Origin: Vulcanimicrobiota bacterium
GTDB lineage: Bacteria > Vulcanimicrobiota > Xenobia > Xenobiales > JADMJV01
Direction of reading: 5' to 3'
Length of the DNA: 64,000 nucleotides
NCBI GenBank assembly: GCA_050250895.1
Contig: JBFWNU010000004.1
Coordinates: 622,934-686,933 of the forward strand
The position numbers and the translations under genes were made by a program. Under the pieces are notes generated by a model, which saw nothing but the letters and a program-made list of their open reading frames with translations, had not been told where the DNA came from and did no database searches. Below, piece by piece: positions 49,967-59,225 of the stretch. Positions within the stretch are counted from its first letter, which is position 1; the number at the start of each line of letters is the position of its first letter.

Positions 49967-50881
49967 ATGGGTAGCCATTTTACTCGAGCAGATCGGGCGG
50001 ATTCTGGACAAGCACTGCTATGACGAGGTGAGCAGTCTCGAGTTGCCTCCGGACCGCGAGCTGAGCGAGACAACAAGCTCATGTGGTTGGTCGGTCTGTG
50101 CCACCTCCTCAACGATGACCCCGAATCGACTCTCGCAGAACTGCTTCGAGCGCGCGAACACGAACTGACCCTGGCCGAATGCCTGAACGAAGTAGGCCGC
50201 CACTCAGAGGCCCTCGAGCAAGTACTCCAACTCGAACCGGAAGAACCCAGGCTCGTAAGAGACCTCGCCTGGGCAAACTTCAGGCTAAAAGAGCAAGCCA
50301 CCACCCGAATGCAGATCGACAGGGCCCTGGCTCTTGACCCCGGTGATAGTTTCGCCTGGTAGATTCGGGCCCTGATGAAGGTTGAAGACGATGATCCGGA
50401 AGCCCTGAGCGACTATGACCGGGCCCTCGACCTGGCTAGAGACAGTAGTGACATCCGTGCCTGTCGGGGGATGTCTCTGTATCGGCTTGGCAAGCCGCGG
50501 CAGACGCTCAGCGAACTCACCAGTCTGTTGCAGCAGTGCCCCGACCACCAGCGCGCACTGCGCTATCGGGCCAGGCTTCGACGCAGCCTCGACGATCTTC
50601 CAGGGTGCATCGAAGACTACCGCAGGGCCGTGGAGCTAGAATCCGACGAAGACCTCGTCTTCCAGCTGGAAGAAGCCGAGGAGGAGCTATACTCCCGGCG
50701 ATTCAGAACTCCGGATAGTCGAGGTCAACACAAAGCTGCGGCAGGTCGACCTCGCGGAGCACGAACTCACGACGCCCGTCGGCATAGACCCCGATCGAAA
50801 GATCAAGGTCAGTGCAGTGAAGAACCACGCTCGGGGCTCCGGGTCGGTCGAGCGTTGTTCGCCGATCCTGCATCACACTGA
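49967..50881 (+). pseudogene. TPR-repeat protein interrupted by an in-frame TAG (50360-50362) and a probable 5' frameshift
   Basis: ORFs 50081..50362 and 50375..50881 share a frame and read as continuous TPRs (RALALDPGDSFAW*IRAL...DYDRAL). Confidence 0.7.
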
Positions 50882-51983
50882 GCGCCACTTTGACCTGCTC
50901 GGCCGAGTGTTGGGCCGACAGCGGGCCCGGACTAGCCTCGAGCAGAAGATGGCCATGTTGCTCGAGTTGGTCGCCCACCACCTGGACGCAGCGGTCGCCT
51001 CGAAAATCGACTCGCACCCGCCCCCAGCAGACCCTGTCCTCGGTCGGCTGTTCCGGCTGCCCCAGGCTCGCGTACACATCGCCTCGACTCATCCCAACCT
51101 TGAGGCCGTTGACCGTTGGCCCCTCCCCCACAGGGGTCATACAGCGCTGGCAGGTCGAGCCACCGCCTCCGACCAGTAAGAAACTCTCGACTCTTTCGTC
51201 GGAGTGGAAGGCGACGAGGCCGACTCTCCCGTTCCAGAAGTAGTCGTGCCGCTGGCCCGGCATATAGTCAAAAGCCAGGGTAGTCATCACCTCGGCCACC
51301 CAAGAACGAGAAGCTCCGCTCTCCAGAAGGGTCTCGCCGGCCTCAAGACGGCTCCCGTCCAGGCTGATCACCTGATAGGTGTCGTAGCGAAAGCCGATCT
51401 TCGGTCCGTTGTCCGTGTCGGACGGCAACTTGTAGATTGTTTCGGCAGCCATGCCTAGATGCATTCCGTTGACTCTCAGCTCTCGGTCCGCTTCCAGCAG
51501 GCCCTTAGTGGGAGTGGCGACGCGAAGGGCGGGGACCGACACAATCGTTGCGCCGGCCTCGCACGGTGGCTCGGGCCGGGCCACTGCTTGCTGGGACCGT
51601 TCCAGTACCGTCAGCCTATAGACACGTCGATAGGCCGTCTGAGTGAATTCCAGCCGGACCCGCTTGGCGGTGGTGCCCTCGAGCAAACTGTAGATGCGCC
51701 GGGCGTCTGGAATGTCGGGGCCGAGAAAGCCCCGCTCGGGATAGAAGCGATGCAGCTCTAGCTCCACCGCCCCCCCGTCGTGACTGGCGGCTGGCCAACT
51801 GACCTCGCGTTCCAGGGTCAACTGCTGGTCAGGCCAGGCACAGACAGGCTCATCCCGGCTGCTCATACGTTTGCCCCAGTAAAGGGCAGGCTTCTCGCCC
51901 AGAAGATAGCTCCGTTCGCGAAGGTAGTGATGCGTCTGCTCGACCTCGATCACCAAGGTGTTCACCTGTCCAAAGACCTCCAC
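50703..51983 (-). CDS. hypothetical protein with two SmpA/OmlA-like (VNGxxxGM) repeats
   Basis: VNGMHLGM and VNGLKVGMSRGDVYASLGQPE. Confidence 0.6.
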   Translation of the reverse strand: MEVFGQVNTLVIEVEQTHHYLRERSYLLGEKPALYWGKRMSSRDEPVCAWPDQQLTLEREVSWPAASHDGGAVELELHRFYPERGFLGPDIPDARRIYSLLEGTTAKRVRLEFTQTAYRRVYRLTVLERSQQAVARPEPPCEAGATIVSVPALRVATPTKGLLEADRELRVNGMHLGMAAETIYKLPSDTDNGPKIGFRYDTYQVISLDGSRLEAGETLLESGASRSWVAEVMTTLAFDYMPGQRHDYFWNGRVGLVAFHSDERVESFLLVGGGGSTCQRCMTPVGEGPTVNGLKVGMSRGDVYASLGQPEQPTEDRVCWGRVRVDFRGDRCVQVVGDQLEQHGHLLLEASPGPLSAQHSAEQVKVALSVMQDRRTTLDRPGAPSVVLHCTDLDLSIGVYADGRREFVLREVDLPQLCVDLDYPEF

Positions 51984-52501
51984 TCAAGAATCTGGCCGTT
52001 CTCGACGGTGACACGCCAGACATGCTCCTGGCAGACTCCAAAGGTCGACCCGCTGCGCTGAGGAGAGACTCGAACCAGGTCGTGGCGCACTCCACGCTGT
52101 TTTGCCTCAGCCAGAGCCAGTCGCCTGGCCTCCCGCCCTTCTCGCAGGACCTCGGCGGCGTTCTCCGGGTCTACCCTGACAAACTCGACCCCGGCATTCG
52201 AGCATCGGTCTTCATTCAGCTTGATCCGGCCTAACGTCAGCAGAGCGACGAGGTCCTGGAGGGCCGCGAACAGGCAGCCTCCCCCTCGATTGACGTGCAG
52301 CAGCAACGGCCCCGTGCCGTAGCACAGCGACACGACCGCCCCGGTCTCCTGGTCGAGCCTGGCGCGCCACCTCTCGTTGCAGCCCTCGATTACGGTGCCA
52401 TGCTCGTCTTCCAGCAACCGGACAGCGGCGACTTCGTGCCCGGCGAAAACCTCGACGAACTCGGCGACCAGCAACCGGGCTTCTTGTTCAGTCAGCGACA
52501 A
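51962..52501 (-). CDS. hypothetical protein
   Basis: GGAGG 7 nt before TTG at 52501; overlaps the upstream gene's stop. Confidence 0.55.
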   Translation of the reverse strand: MSLTEQEARLLVAEFVEVFAGHEVAAVRLLEDEHGTVIEGCNERWRARLDQETGAVVSLCYGTGPLLLHVNRGGGCLFAALQDLVALLTLGRIKLNEDRCSNAGVEFVRVDPENAAEVLREGREARRLALAEAKQRGVRHDLVRVSPQRSGSTFGVCQEHVWRVTVENGQILEWRSLDR

Positions 52502-52994
52502 CTTGTTCACCTCCGTCTTGGCGATGGTCGGCGCGGGTGCGTAGGGACGGGTCAAATGGACCTGTGCGGACCCAGCCTGTCGTGGCCGCGCTGCAGATAT
52601 GGTGAGCACAAAGACCGCACTCAAGCTCGAACCAATCAGACAGGCCGAAGACGACCTTCCTTTGCTGATGCGGCATCCAGCGGCCCAGTTCTTCTTCGAG
52701 AAGGCGTCCCAGGTACCCGGTCTCACTTACAACCTGGCGAGGGTTGCGGTTGGTGAGCCAGGGCAGTAGCGCCCGCAGTTCGGGATAGAGAGTCAGGACC
52801 TTGTCGGGCTCCACAGCGGCGAAGTACAACGCCAGGCGGTGGGCGGTTGCGAACAGGGTCCGGTATTCGTCGAGGTAGCGGAGTCTTCGCTGTTTGCGAC
52901 GCTCCAGGGCTCGGTCTTTGCGATGGCTGCGCGATTCCAGGCTGCGGCGCCTGGCGCCAGAGAGCACTCTTTTCGGTCTCAGGGCAGTCCGCAT
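52488..52994 (-). CDS. hypothetical basic protein
   Basis: ORF from ATG 52994; Arg-rich N-terminus, CGLC..H. Confidence 0.5.
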   Translation of the reverse strand: MRTALRPKRVLSGARRRSLESRSHRKDRALERRKQRRLRYLDEYRTLFATAHRLALYFAAVEPDKVLTLYPELRALLPWLTNRNPRQVVSETGYLGRLLEEELGRWMPHQQRKVVFGLSDWFELECGLCAHHICSAATTGWVRTGPFDPSLRTRADHRQDGGEQVVAD

Positions 52995-53128
52995 CTCGTT
53001 GCCGCCCGATGCGGTGGGCCTCGTAGTTCCTCCATCATAGCGTACCGCTCGGGCCATTCCAACCGGTTGCACCGACGGCCGACGCGATGCGAGGGTCTAC
53101 CCCAAGCTACAGCGAAATTCTAACCAGA

Positions 53129-53836
53129 ATGAAAGGGCGATGCGGAGCTTGCGGCCGCGAGAAGAAGACAAAGGGTCCTCACCATCACGATGAAACCTGG
53201 GCCTGCGGAAAGTGCCTGGCCACCGGCAAAGCCGTGGCCGGCGACCCCAGCCGGCAAAACTTTGGTGGCTTCGGCCCGGGGCCGTATCTGGCCTATTGGG
53301 ACGAGCTGCGCACCTGCCAGCACTGCGGAGATGAGTTTGTCTTTAGCGGCGCCGAGAAGAGGTTCTGGTACGAGGACCGCGGATTCATCACTCATTCCGA
53401 GCCGACCGGCTGCCCCGGTTGCCGGCGAACCCTGCGCCGTCGCCACCTGGCCCAGAGGCGCATTGCCGAGCGGCTGCCCAAGCTCGACCCCAAGAACTGG
53501 ACCCAGCTGGCGGAGCTAAGCGACCTGTGCTGGCGGGCCGGCTCGAAGCGCAAAGCCCTGGAGTACCTGCGGCGGGCCAAGAACGTCTGCTCTGAACCTG
53601 CCGCTCGCAGACGCCTGTTAAAGCAGCTCGAATTGGTCGAGTCGTGCGAGGTCGAGCTCAAACCCGGTGGGCAGTTCCGCACGGTTCTGGCAGTGCGCGC
53701 CGACCTCGCCTGGTATCGCAAGCGTCCGGACTGGGTCAAGTGGGCCGTCGGCAGGGCTCGTCCGTTTCTGTCCAAGCGGGGCCTCGAGGTCCTCGAGAGC
53801 GTCGTCGAGGAGTATCACGCCAGCTTTGGGTCTTGA
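53129..53836 (+). CDS. zinc-ribbon (zf-trcl-like) protein with TPR-like helix pair
   Basis: CQHCGDEFVFSGAEKRFWYE...PTGCPGCR. Confidence 0.8.
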   Translation: MKGRCGACGREKKTKGPHHHDETWACGKCLATGKAVAGDPSRQNFGGFGPGPYLAYWDELRTCQHCGDEFVFSGAEKRFWYEDRGFITHSEPTGCPGCRRTLRRRHLAQRRIAERLPKLDPKNWTQLAELSDLCWRAGSKRKALEYLRRAKNVCSEPAARRRLLKQLELVESCEVELKPGGQFRTVLAVRADLAWYRKRPDWVKWAVGRARPFLSKRGLEVLESVVEEYHASFGS

Positions 53837-53876
53837 CTTTGAGCCTCTTTTCAGCGGAGGGGGTTAGTCTGACCGG

Positions 53877-54434
53877 GTGATGATGCAGAACTATGGCGTT
53901 CGTGGCTTTGGCGTTGGCTTCATGAACGGCACCTACCACGGACGGAACGTCGATTCGGCCGGCACTAGCGCCTCGAAAGTCGAGACCGAGGGCGTGCTCT
54001 CGCTCAAAGAGATGCGAGTGCAGGATGTCGACGGCCACGCCAACCTCGATGTCGGTTTCGTGCCCAACCACTACGGCAAGATGACCCTTTCCATTCTCAA
54101 CCGCGGCCAGGATGCCGATCCCGAAAACTACGTCGAGGCCAACATCGAACTCACGGTAAGCGATGCCAAGCTGCAGGGCCGAGGCTCGTTGCTCAAGCCC
54201 GAGCACGGCTTTAACGCGGTCACCGTGACCGACCGGGGCGACAACGTGCTGATCCGCGCTCAGCGGGGCGACGAGACCCGAGAGTTCATCTTCAGCAACG
54301 GCTACATCTCAAACCACGCTGGCGATGTGCGAGTCGCCTTCGAGAAACTCTACGATCCCGACCACCCCATCGACCTGATCGACGCCGCCGATTTCATCGT
54401 CGTTGGCGGCATCACCGTCGACAAGAACACCTAA
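53877..54434 (+). CDS. hypothetical protein
   Basis: GGAGG upstream; GC3-rich codons; ends in FIVVGGITV motif. Confidence 0.7.
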   Translation: MMMQNYGVRGFGVGFMNGTYHGRNVDSAGTSASKVETEGVLSLKEMRVQDVDGHANLDVGFVPNHYGKMTLSILNRGQDADPENYVEANIELTVSDAKLQGRGSLLKPEHGFNAVTVTDRGDNVLIRAQRGDETREFIFSNGYISNHAGDVRVAFEKLYDPDHPIDLIDAADFIVVGGITVDKNT

Positions 54435-54455
54435 ACCTCGTCACCGCGGCGAGTC

Positions 54456-54724
54456 GGGTCCGGGCAGAGGCCCGCCAGAGTCGCCCTCAAAGCGGCGGCG
54501 AAGTCGCGCTCCGGCGGCGCGATAGACTTCCGGCGGGAAGAGCCCGAGGCGGGCCGGGTGGGTCCGGGCAGAGGCCCACGATGGTCTTCCAGCTGGAAGT
54601 GGCCTCGGCGGACAAGTCGCGCTCCGGCGGCGCAATAGACTTCCGGCGGGAAGAGCCCGAGGCGGGCCGGGCGGGTCCGGGCAGAGGCCCACGATGGTCT
54701 TCCAGCTGGAAGTGGCCGCGGCGG
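54456..54724. repeat. 113-bp tandem repeat (2 full copies plus a partial) carrying four CTTCC-N4-GGAAG palindromes in alternating orientation (BIME-like)
   Basis: Units 54501-54613 and 54614-54724 differ at only a few positions; palindromes at 54527, 54586, 54640, 54699; partial copy 54456-54473. Confidence 0.9.
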
Positions 54725-54935
54725 GCCGGCCCAGAATATTGCGATACCTTAACATTCTCAAATTCGGCATTGCGCCCGAAGGCATCTCGGTCTCAAATCC
54801 AGCCAGAGACGGCCCTGGAAAGCGCCACGAGCCAGAGAACCCGTTAGCAGATTGATCGAGTCATTTTTGACGGGATCTCCTGCCTCACGGCATCCTGGAA
54901 ACCCAAAAACACCGTAACCACGCCATTTCGACGCA

Positions 54936-54964
54936 TTGATCCACGCGTGTCTCTGAAGTAAAAT
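54936..54964 (+). promoter_or_regulatory. sigma70-type promoter of the HNH gene
   Basis: TTGATC, 17 bp, TAAAAT; GGAGG at 54994 and ATG at 55006. Confidence 0.6.
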
Positions 54965-55005
54965 AGGATCATTCCTTGATTCTTTTTCAGCCCGGAGGTC
55001 TTCCC

Positions 55006-56337
55006 ATGTCTTCTACTCTGTCTGAGCTTTCACACTCGCTGCAGCAACTCTCTCATCAAGAACTACACCAGAGCAACCGCCAGGCTAGCCGGCGAGCCTT
55101 CGGCTGTGAGTGGGAACTGGCCGGTCACCTGCTGGCCACCGAACGCAGCGGCCTCTACCGCCACATGGGTTCCGGCAGCGTGGTCGGCTACGCCGTCACC
55201 CACCTGAATCTACATCCTCAAAAGGCCGGCGAACTTCTCAGCCTGGCCAGGGTGTTCGAGCAGCTGCCCCTTCTCTCGGCCGCCTTTCGCGAAGGGAAGC
55301 TCTGCTGGAGCAAGGCCCGCGCGCTCAAGCGCATCGCGACTCCCGACAACCAGGCAGAAATGCTGGAATTCGCTCTCAAGAACAAAGCCCAGGCGGTCGA
55401 GCGCGCCGTCGCTCTCACCCCAACGCAGCATAAGCGAGGCCAGGCCTTGAAGGCCTCGCTCGAAGCCCGCCAGATTCAACCCGAACGATCCTTTAGCGAG
55501 CAACCCACGACGCCAGCAGCGCCAGTCGTCCAGTCGGCGCCGACGCGCAAGCCGGCGCCGACCCCCGAGATGCCGAAGTTAAGACAGGTCACTCTGCTGC
55601 TGACCGCCGAGCAATATGCCATCCTCGAGCAGGCGAAGGGTCTGGTCGAAGCCCGGCAGGGCAAGCGAGTGAGCAAAGAGACGGCGGTGACCGCGATGGC
55701 CGCGACGTTCCTCGCCACCGCGGACAGCCGCAGCAAAGTGAGGCATCAGGTCATCGTTCATGTGAATGGCCAGACCGGTCAGGGCTTCTATGACACCGAC
55801 CGTGGACTCTTGCCGGCCGAGCCCGCCGCCGTTGACGAGGCGATGAAACAACCCGGCATCGTGGTCGTTGCCGCCCCCACCGTTCTTCCAGCTGGAAGTC
55901 AGGCCCCACTTCCAGCTGAAGCGAGCCAGGCCGAACAGTTGCCGCTACTGCCAAATCAGTCCAAAGCCAGGCCGGGACTGCCGGTGGGCCTGGTGCGAGC
56001 GGTCTACGCCCGCGCCTTCGGTCGCTGTGAGCGATGCTCGTGCGGTGGCGGCAACCTGGTGGTGCACCACGTTCGGGCCTGGTCCGAATCCAGGCGACAT
56101 CGGCTCGAGGACTTGCAGCTATTGTGTCCGGGATGCCACGCCGCCGAGCACGACAAAGACTTCGCGACTAAGCCAGCATGGAAGGCCGCGCGGGAGGCCG
56201 CCGTGCGCAGCCGGACCCGACCAGGCACAAGGTCAGAGGCTGAGCTGATACCAAAGCGGACCGGCGACGAAATTCAGCACGGAGCCGCGTCCGAACGACT
56301 GCAGCGAGTCGGGCTCGGCAGGCCAGGTAAAACTTAG
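55006..56337 (+). CDS. DUF222-like HNH endonuclease
   Basis: N-terminal helical domain (LPLLSAAFREGKLCWSKAR), Pro-rich linkers, C-terminal RCERC...VHHVRAW...LLCPGCHAAEH. Confidence 0.85.
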   Translation: MSSTLSELSHSLQQLSHQELHQSNRQASRRAFGCEWELAGHLLATERSGLYRHMGSGSVVGYAVTHLNLHPQKAGELLSLARVFEQLPLLSAAFREGKLCWSKARALKRIATPDNQAEMLEFALKNKAQAVERAVALTPTQHKRGQALKASLEARQIQPERSFSEQPTTPAAPVVQSAPTRKPAPTPEMPKLRQVTLLLTAEQYAILEQAKGLVEARQGKRVSKETAVTAMAATFLATADSRSKVRHQVIVHVNGQTGQGFYDTDRGLLPAEPAAVDEAMKQPGIVVVAAPTVLPAGSQAPLPAEASQAEQLPLLPNQSKARPGLPVGLVRAVYARAFGRCERCSCGGGNLVVHHVRAWSESRRHRLEDLQLLCPGCHAAEHDKDFATKPAWKAAREAAVRSRTRPGTRSEAELIPKRTGDEIQHGAASERLQRVGLGRPGKT

Positions 56338-57003
56338 CTCTTCTTCGCCGTCCTGGCCTAGGTGCACCAGAGCCCGACGTTCAGGCTCGCGATGGATGTC
56401 GCTGAGATCGAGTATCAAGCCTTGCGGCGACTCGACCACCGCATGGATCACACCATCGATGCGATCCTTTAGTAGGCGGTGGCGTCCGTCGGCCTCGATC
56501 GACGAGACGGCGCTCAGAATGTCTCCGTTGTAATACTGGTATGTGCACAGCAGTCCCCGCCGGGTAAAATTGAAGGTGGGCAGGTCAAAGGTGCAGGGAC
56601 TCTCGAGCCCCACCTCGGTACCATTTCGCTCGAAGCACCTGAAGCGGCAAAAATCGGCCTCGTCGAAATAGCCGATCCAGAATCGGTCGCGCTCATCGAT
56701 GAGCACGTTCTCGATCGCTTCCCCCAGCACGAAACGGGCCTCCAGTTCTCCGGATGGCGACAAGATGGCGGCGTTCTGGTCATCGGGCTCTTCGCAGCGG
56801 CGATAAACGACGAGAGCGCTGCCATCGCTGAACAAGTCCAGCCGCGGCAGCGCGCCGTTTAGGGTCACCTCGAGGCAGACCCTTCCCCCGGTAGTGGACA
56901 CACGCCATAGTTTGGCGAGACGGTCTCCCTCGGGCGGGGTTCGCCAGAAGGGACGGAACTCGTCGGGCTCGCCGATGTCTGGGGGGACCGTGACGATGGT
57001 CAT
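56233..57003 (-). CDS. hypothetical protein (beta-propeller-like)
   Basis: AGGAGG upstream; LGEAIENVLID...WIGYFDE motif. Confidence 0.65.
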   Translation of the reverse strand: MTIVTVPPDIGEPDEFRPFWRTPPEGDRLAKLWRVSTTGGRVCLEVTLNGALPRLDLFSDGSALVVYRRCEEPDDQNAAILSPSGELEARFVLGEAIENVLIDERDRFWIGYFDEADFCRFRCFERNGTEVGLESPCTFDLPTFNFTRRGLLCTYQYYNGDILSAVSSIEADGRHRLLKDRIDGVIHAVVESPQGLILDLSDIHREPERRALVHLGQDGEEELSFTWPAEPDSLQSFGRGSVLNFVAGPLWYQLSL

Positions 57004-57012
57004 CCGCCTCCT

Positions 57013-57489
57013 TTAGCCCCAGAAGGCCGGGTCGGGTGGGCGCAGGAGGCCGGTGAACTCGTCGCCGGGAGTGCGGAGGATGGTCAGGGACATGGCCGAC
57101 GGCTCGAGTCCGCCGAAGCCCTGGAGGCATTCGAGCTGAGCCTGGGCGTGGAGCTGGGGCTCCTCCTTGCCCAGGCGGGTCAGGAGTTGGTCGAACTCGG
57201 GGACGCCGGCCTTCTCGATGGCCTGGCCCAGAGGCGAGGCTAGCGCCCCAGCGGCGACCATCAGGGTCAGTTGCTGGGCGATGCGAGCCATGGCCTGGCC
57301 GCGAAAGCCGACGCCGGTCACGCCGGCTTTGATGTCGGTGGTCGAAACCTGTAGCTGGTCGGCCAGTTCGCCCGAGAGCTGGGCCATGTCCTCGAAGCTC
57401 CGGGGCCTGGACTGGATGCGCTGGGTCTGGCTGGGTGTAAGCATGCGCCGAAGGGCGGCTTCGGCAGTTGGACGGATGTTCATAGCCAC
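57013..57489 (-). CDS. hypothetical protein
   Basis: Open frame with GC3-rich codons. Confidence 0.6.
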   Translation of the reverse strand: MAMNIRPTAEAALRRMLTPSQTQRIQSRPRSFEDMAQLSGELADQLQVSTTDIKAGVTGVGFRGQAMARIAQQLTLMVAAGALASPLGQAIEKAGVPEFDQLLTRLGKEEPQLHAQAQLECLQGFGGLEPSAMSLTILRTPGDEFTGLLRPPDPAFWG

Positions 57490-57525
57490 ATCTTAGCCGG
57501 CCCACCTGAGATTCTCCTTGACCGC

Positions 57526-58404
57526 CTATCCGGGAGCGCGACTGGGTACCAGCATCACCGGGCAAACCGAGCCCCGCACGACGTTCTCGGCTACGCTACC
57601 GCAGATGAAGCGCTGAAATCCGCGGTGACCGTGGGTGCTCATCACGACCAGGTCGACGTTGTGCGACTGGGCTACCTCAAGCAAAGCTCGGGCTGGGGAG
57701 CCCACCTGCCAGATTGTCTCGACGCGAAACTCCGGTTGCAGGCTGGCGGCCATCTCGTTGAGATAGCTGCGAACCTCGGCCAATTGGCCTTCATGCCCGT
57801 CGAGGACCGAGGGCAAAGACTGATCGAGGTGGGCAGTGTCCAGGACTCGACACAGCACGAGGGTTGCCCCGCTGGCACGGGCCAGTTCGCGGGCCTGGTC
57901 GAGGGCTCGAGCCGACAGCTTCGAGCCGTCGAGGGGCACCAGGATCTTGCGAAGCGAACTCAGTTTAACCGACTGCGAACGCACCACCAGAATGGGCAAT
58001 TCGGCCCCTCGTAGGACCTCTTCGGTGGTGCTGCCCAGCAACCACCGGGCAAAGCCCGAGCGACCGTGCGTGGTCAGACAGAGCAGGTCGGCCTTCTCCT
58101 CGCGACAGATGTCGATGAGGGTGTTCGAGGCCAGGCCGAAGGGTGTCGCCGTGGCCACGGTCAGGCCCTCGCCTTCCAACTCGGCCGCCCGTTCTTTGAG
58201 ATACTCGTCGACCAGTTGCTGGTCTTTAGAGTTGACCGGAGCGTGAAAGACGACCTCTTGCCCGTAGGCCAAAGGAAGGGCGGGGGGAAGCACGCGCACC
58301 AGCAGCAATCTCCCCTGGTGTTGGCGAGCCAGGTCTACGGCAGGCTCGAGGGCCCGTTCGGCTAAAGTCGAGCCGTCTAGAGCGACGACCACAGTGTAGG
58401 ACAT
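57526..58404 (-). CDS. universal stress protein (tandem USP domains)
   Basis: VALDGS...THGRSG...GSTTE pattern twice. Confidence 0.95.
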   Translation of the reverse strand: MSYTVVVALDGSTLAERALEPAVDLARQHQGRLLLVRVLPPALPLAYGQEVVFHAPVNSKDQQLVDEYLKERAAELEGEGLTVATATPFGLASNTLIDICREEKADLLCLTTHGRSGFARWLLGSTTEEVLRGAELPILVVRSQSVKLSSLRKILVPLDGSKLSARALDQARELARASGATLVLCRVLDTAHLDQSLPSVLDGHEGQLAEVRSYLNEMAASLQPEFRVETIWQVGSPARALLEVAQSHNVDLVVMSTHGHRGFQRFICGSVAENVVRGSVCPVMLVPSRAPG

Positions 58405-58463
58405 AGAAGACTCCTCTCTGGGTCTAGTCTAGGGGAACGGTCAGGGCTTGAAACTGATCCGCG

Positions 58464-58898
58464 TCATCCGGCGATGTCCGAGGTGACCCACCCCTCGACG
58501 GCGGACGCTTGCTTGACCCAGTCAACGAACTGTTGCTCGTCGAGGGGCTCGTCCTCGAAAACGTGGAGGTAACGCACCTTCTCTTGCTTGGAGTTCACCG
58601 GCGGCATCGGCTCGAGCGCGGCGCCGTGGAAGAAGGCCACTTTGATGTATTTGGTGAGGCAGTGGAAGCTCAGAAACCAACCCAGGCCCTCGACGCCATA
58701 GAAGGGCGAGTTCCACTTCACGGCTTTGCGCAGCTCGGGAACGGTAGCCGTGACCAGCTCGTCGAGGCGGCGGCCGACGCCACTCTTCCAGCCAGGCATC
58801 GCTGCGATGTAGGCTTGCACCGGCTCATCGCCATAGCCCATTTCGATTTGCGGATTACCGCCGGAAAGGAGTTTGGGTTCTTTCGGTTCTTTGGCCAT
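58464..58898 (-). CDS. DUF1801 (YdhG-like) protein
   Basis: LLSGGNPQI, AVKWNSPFYG, WVKQA. Confidence 0.9.
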   Translation of the reverse strand: MAKEPKEPKLLSGGNPQIEMGYGDEPVQAYIAAMPGWKSGVGRRLDELVTATVPELRKAVKWNSPFYGVEGLGWFLSFHCLTKYIKVAFFHGAALEPMPPVNSKQEKVRYLHVFEDEPLDEQQFVDWVKQASAVEGWVTSDIAG

Positions 58899-58907
58899 CT
58901 TTCGATG

Positions 58908-59225
58908 TTAGGCCTCGGTAGGGTCCGTGTCAAACCGGTTGGACAAATCGCGCTCGGGCAGCGGTGGCGGAGGCCAGCGGTCGAACAAGAGATTCCAGTA
59001 GGCCCACGAGCGCGGGTCGAAGTGACCCGGCGGCGCGGCGTCGAGGGCCACGCGAAAAGCCTCTCGCCCAAGCACCCGTTCGACGGTGACGATGTCTTTC
59101 GTGGTGCCCAAAGTCATGACGTGGGCGAGAAACACCAGAGGCCTTCGGAGCGCTTCTTCGGGCTCCAGGTGCCAGACGACGCGCTGGGCCACCTTCAGCA
59201 TTTCCGGAGAGCTTTCAATGGTCAT
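58908..59225 (-). CDS. small partner (putative antitoxin) of the AbiEii-type nucleotidyltransferase
   Basis: VVW..PEEAL....FLAHVMTLGT...APPG.FD.RSWAYW; ATGA-coupled to the AbiEii gene. Confidence 0.65.
   Translation of the reverse strand: MTIESSPEMLKVAQRVVWHLEPEEALRRPLVFLAHVMTLGTTKDIVTVERVLGREAFRVALDAAPPGHFDPRSWAYWNLLFDRWPPPPLPERDLSNRFDTDPTEA

Noticed and set aside
51962-52994. Single frameshifted gene
   Set aside because: A GGAGG and TTG start at 52501 overlapping the upstream stop explain it as two coupled genes.
54456-54724. CRISPR array
   Set aside because: Intervening sequences are themselves duplicated rather than unique spacers, the repeats alternate orientation, and no cas genes are present.
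54441-54847. ORFs over the repeat array (54441..54785, 54581..54847)
   Set aside because: Translations of repeat DNA without a ribosome-binding site or protein-like composition.
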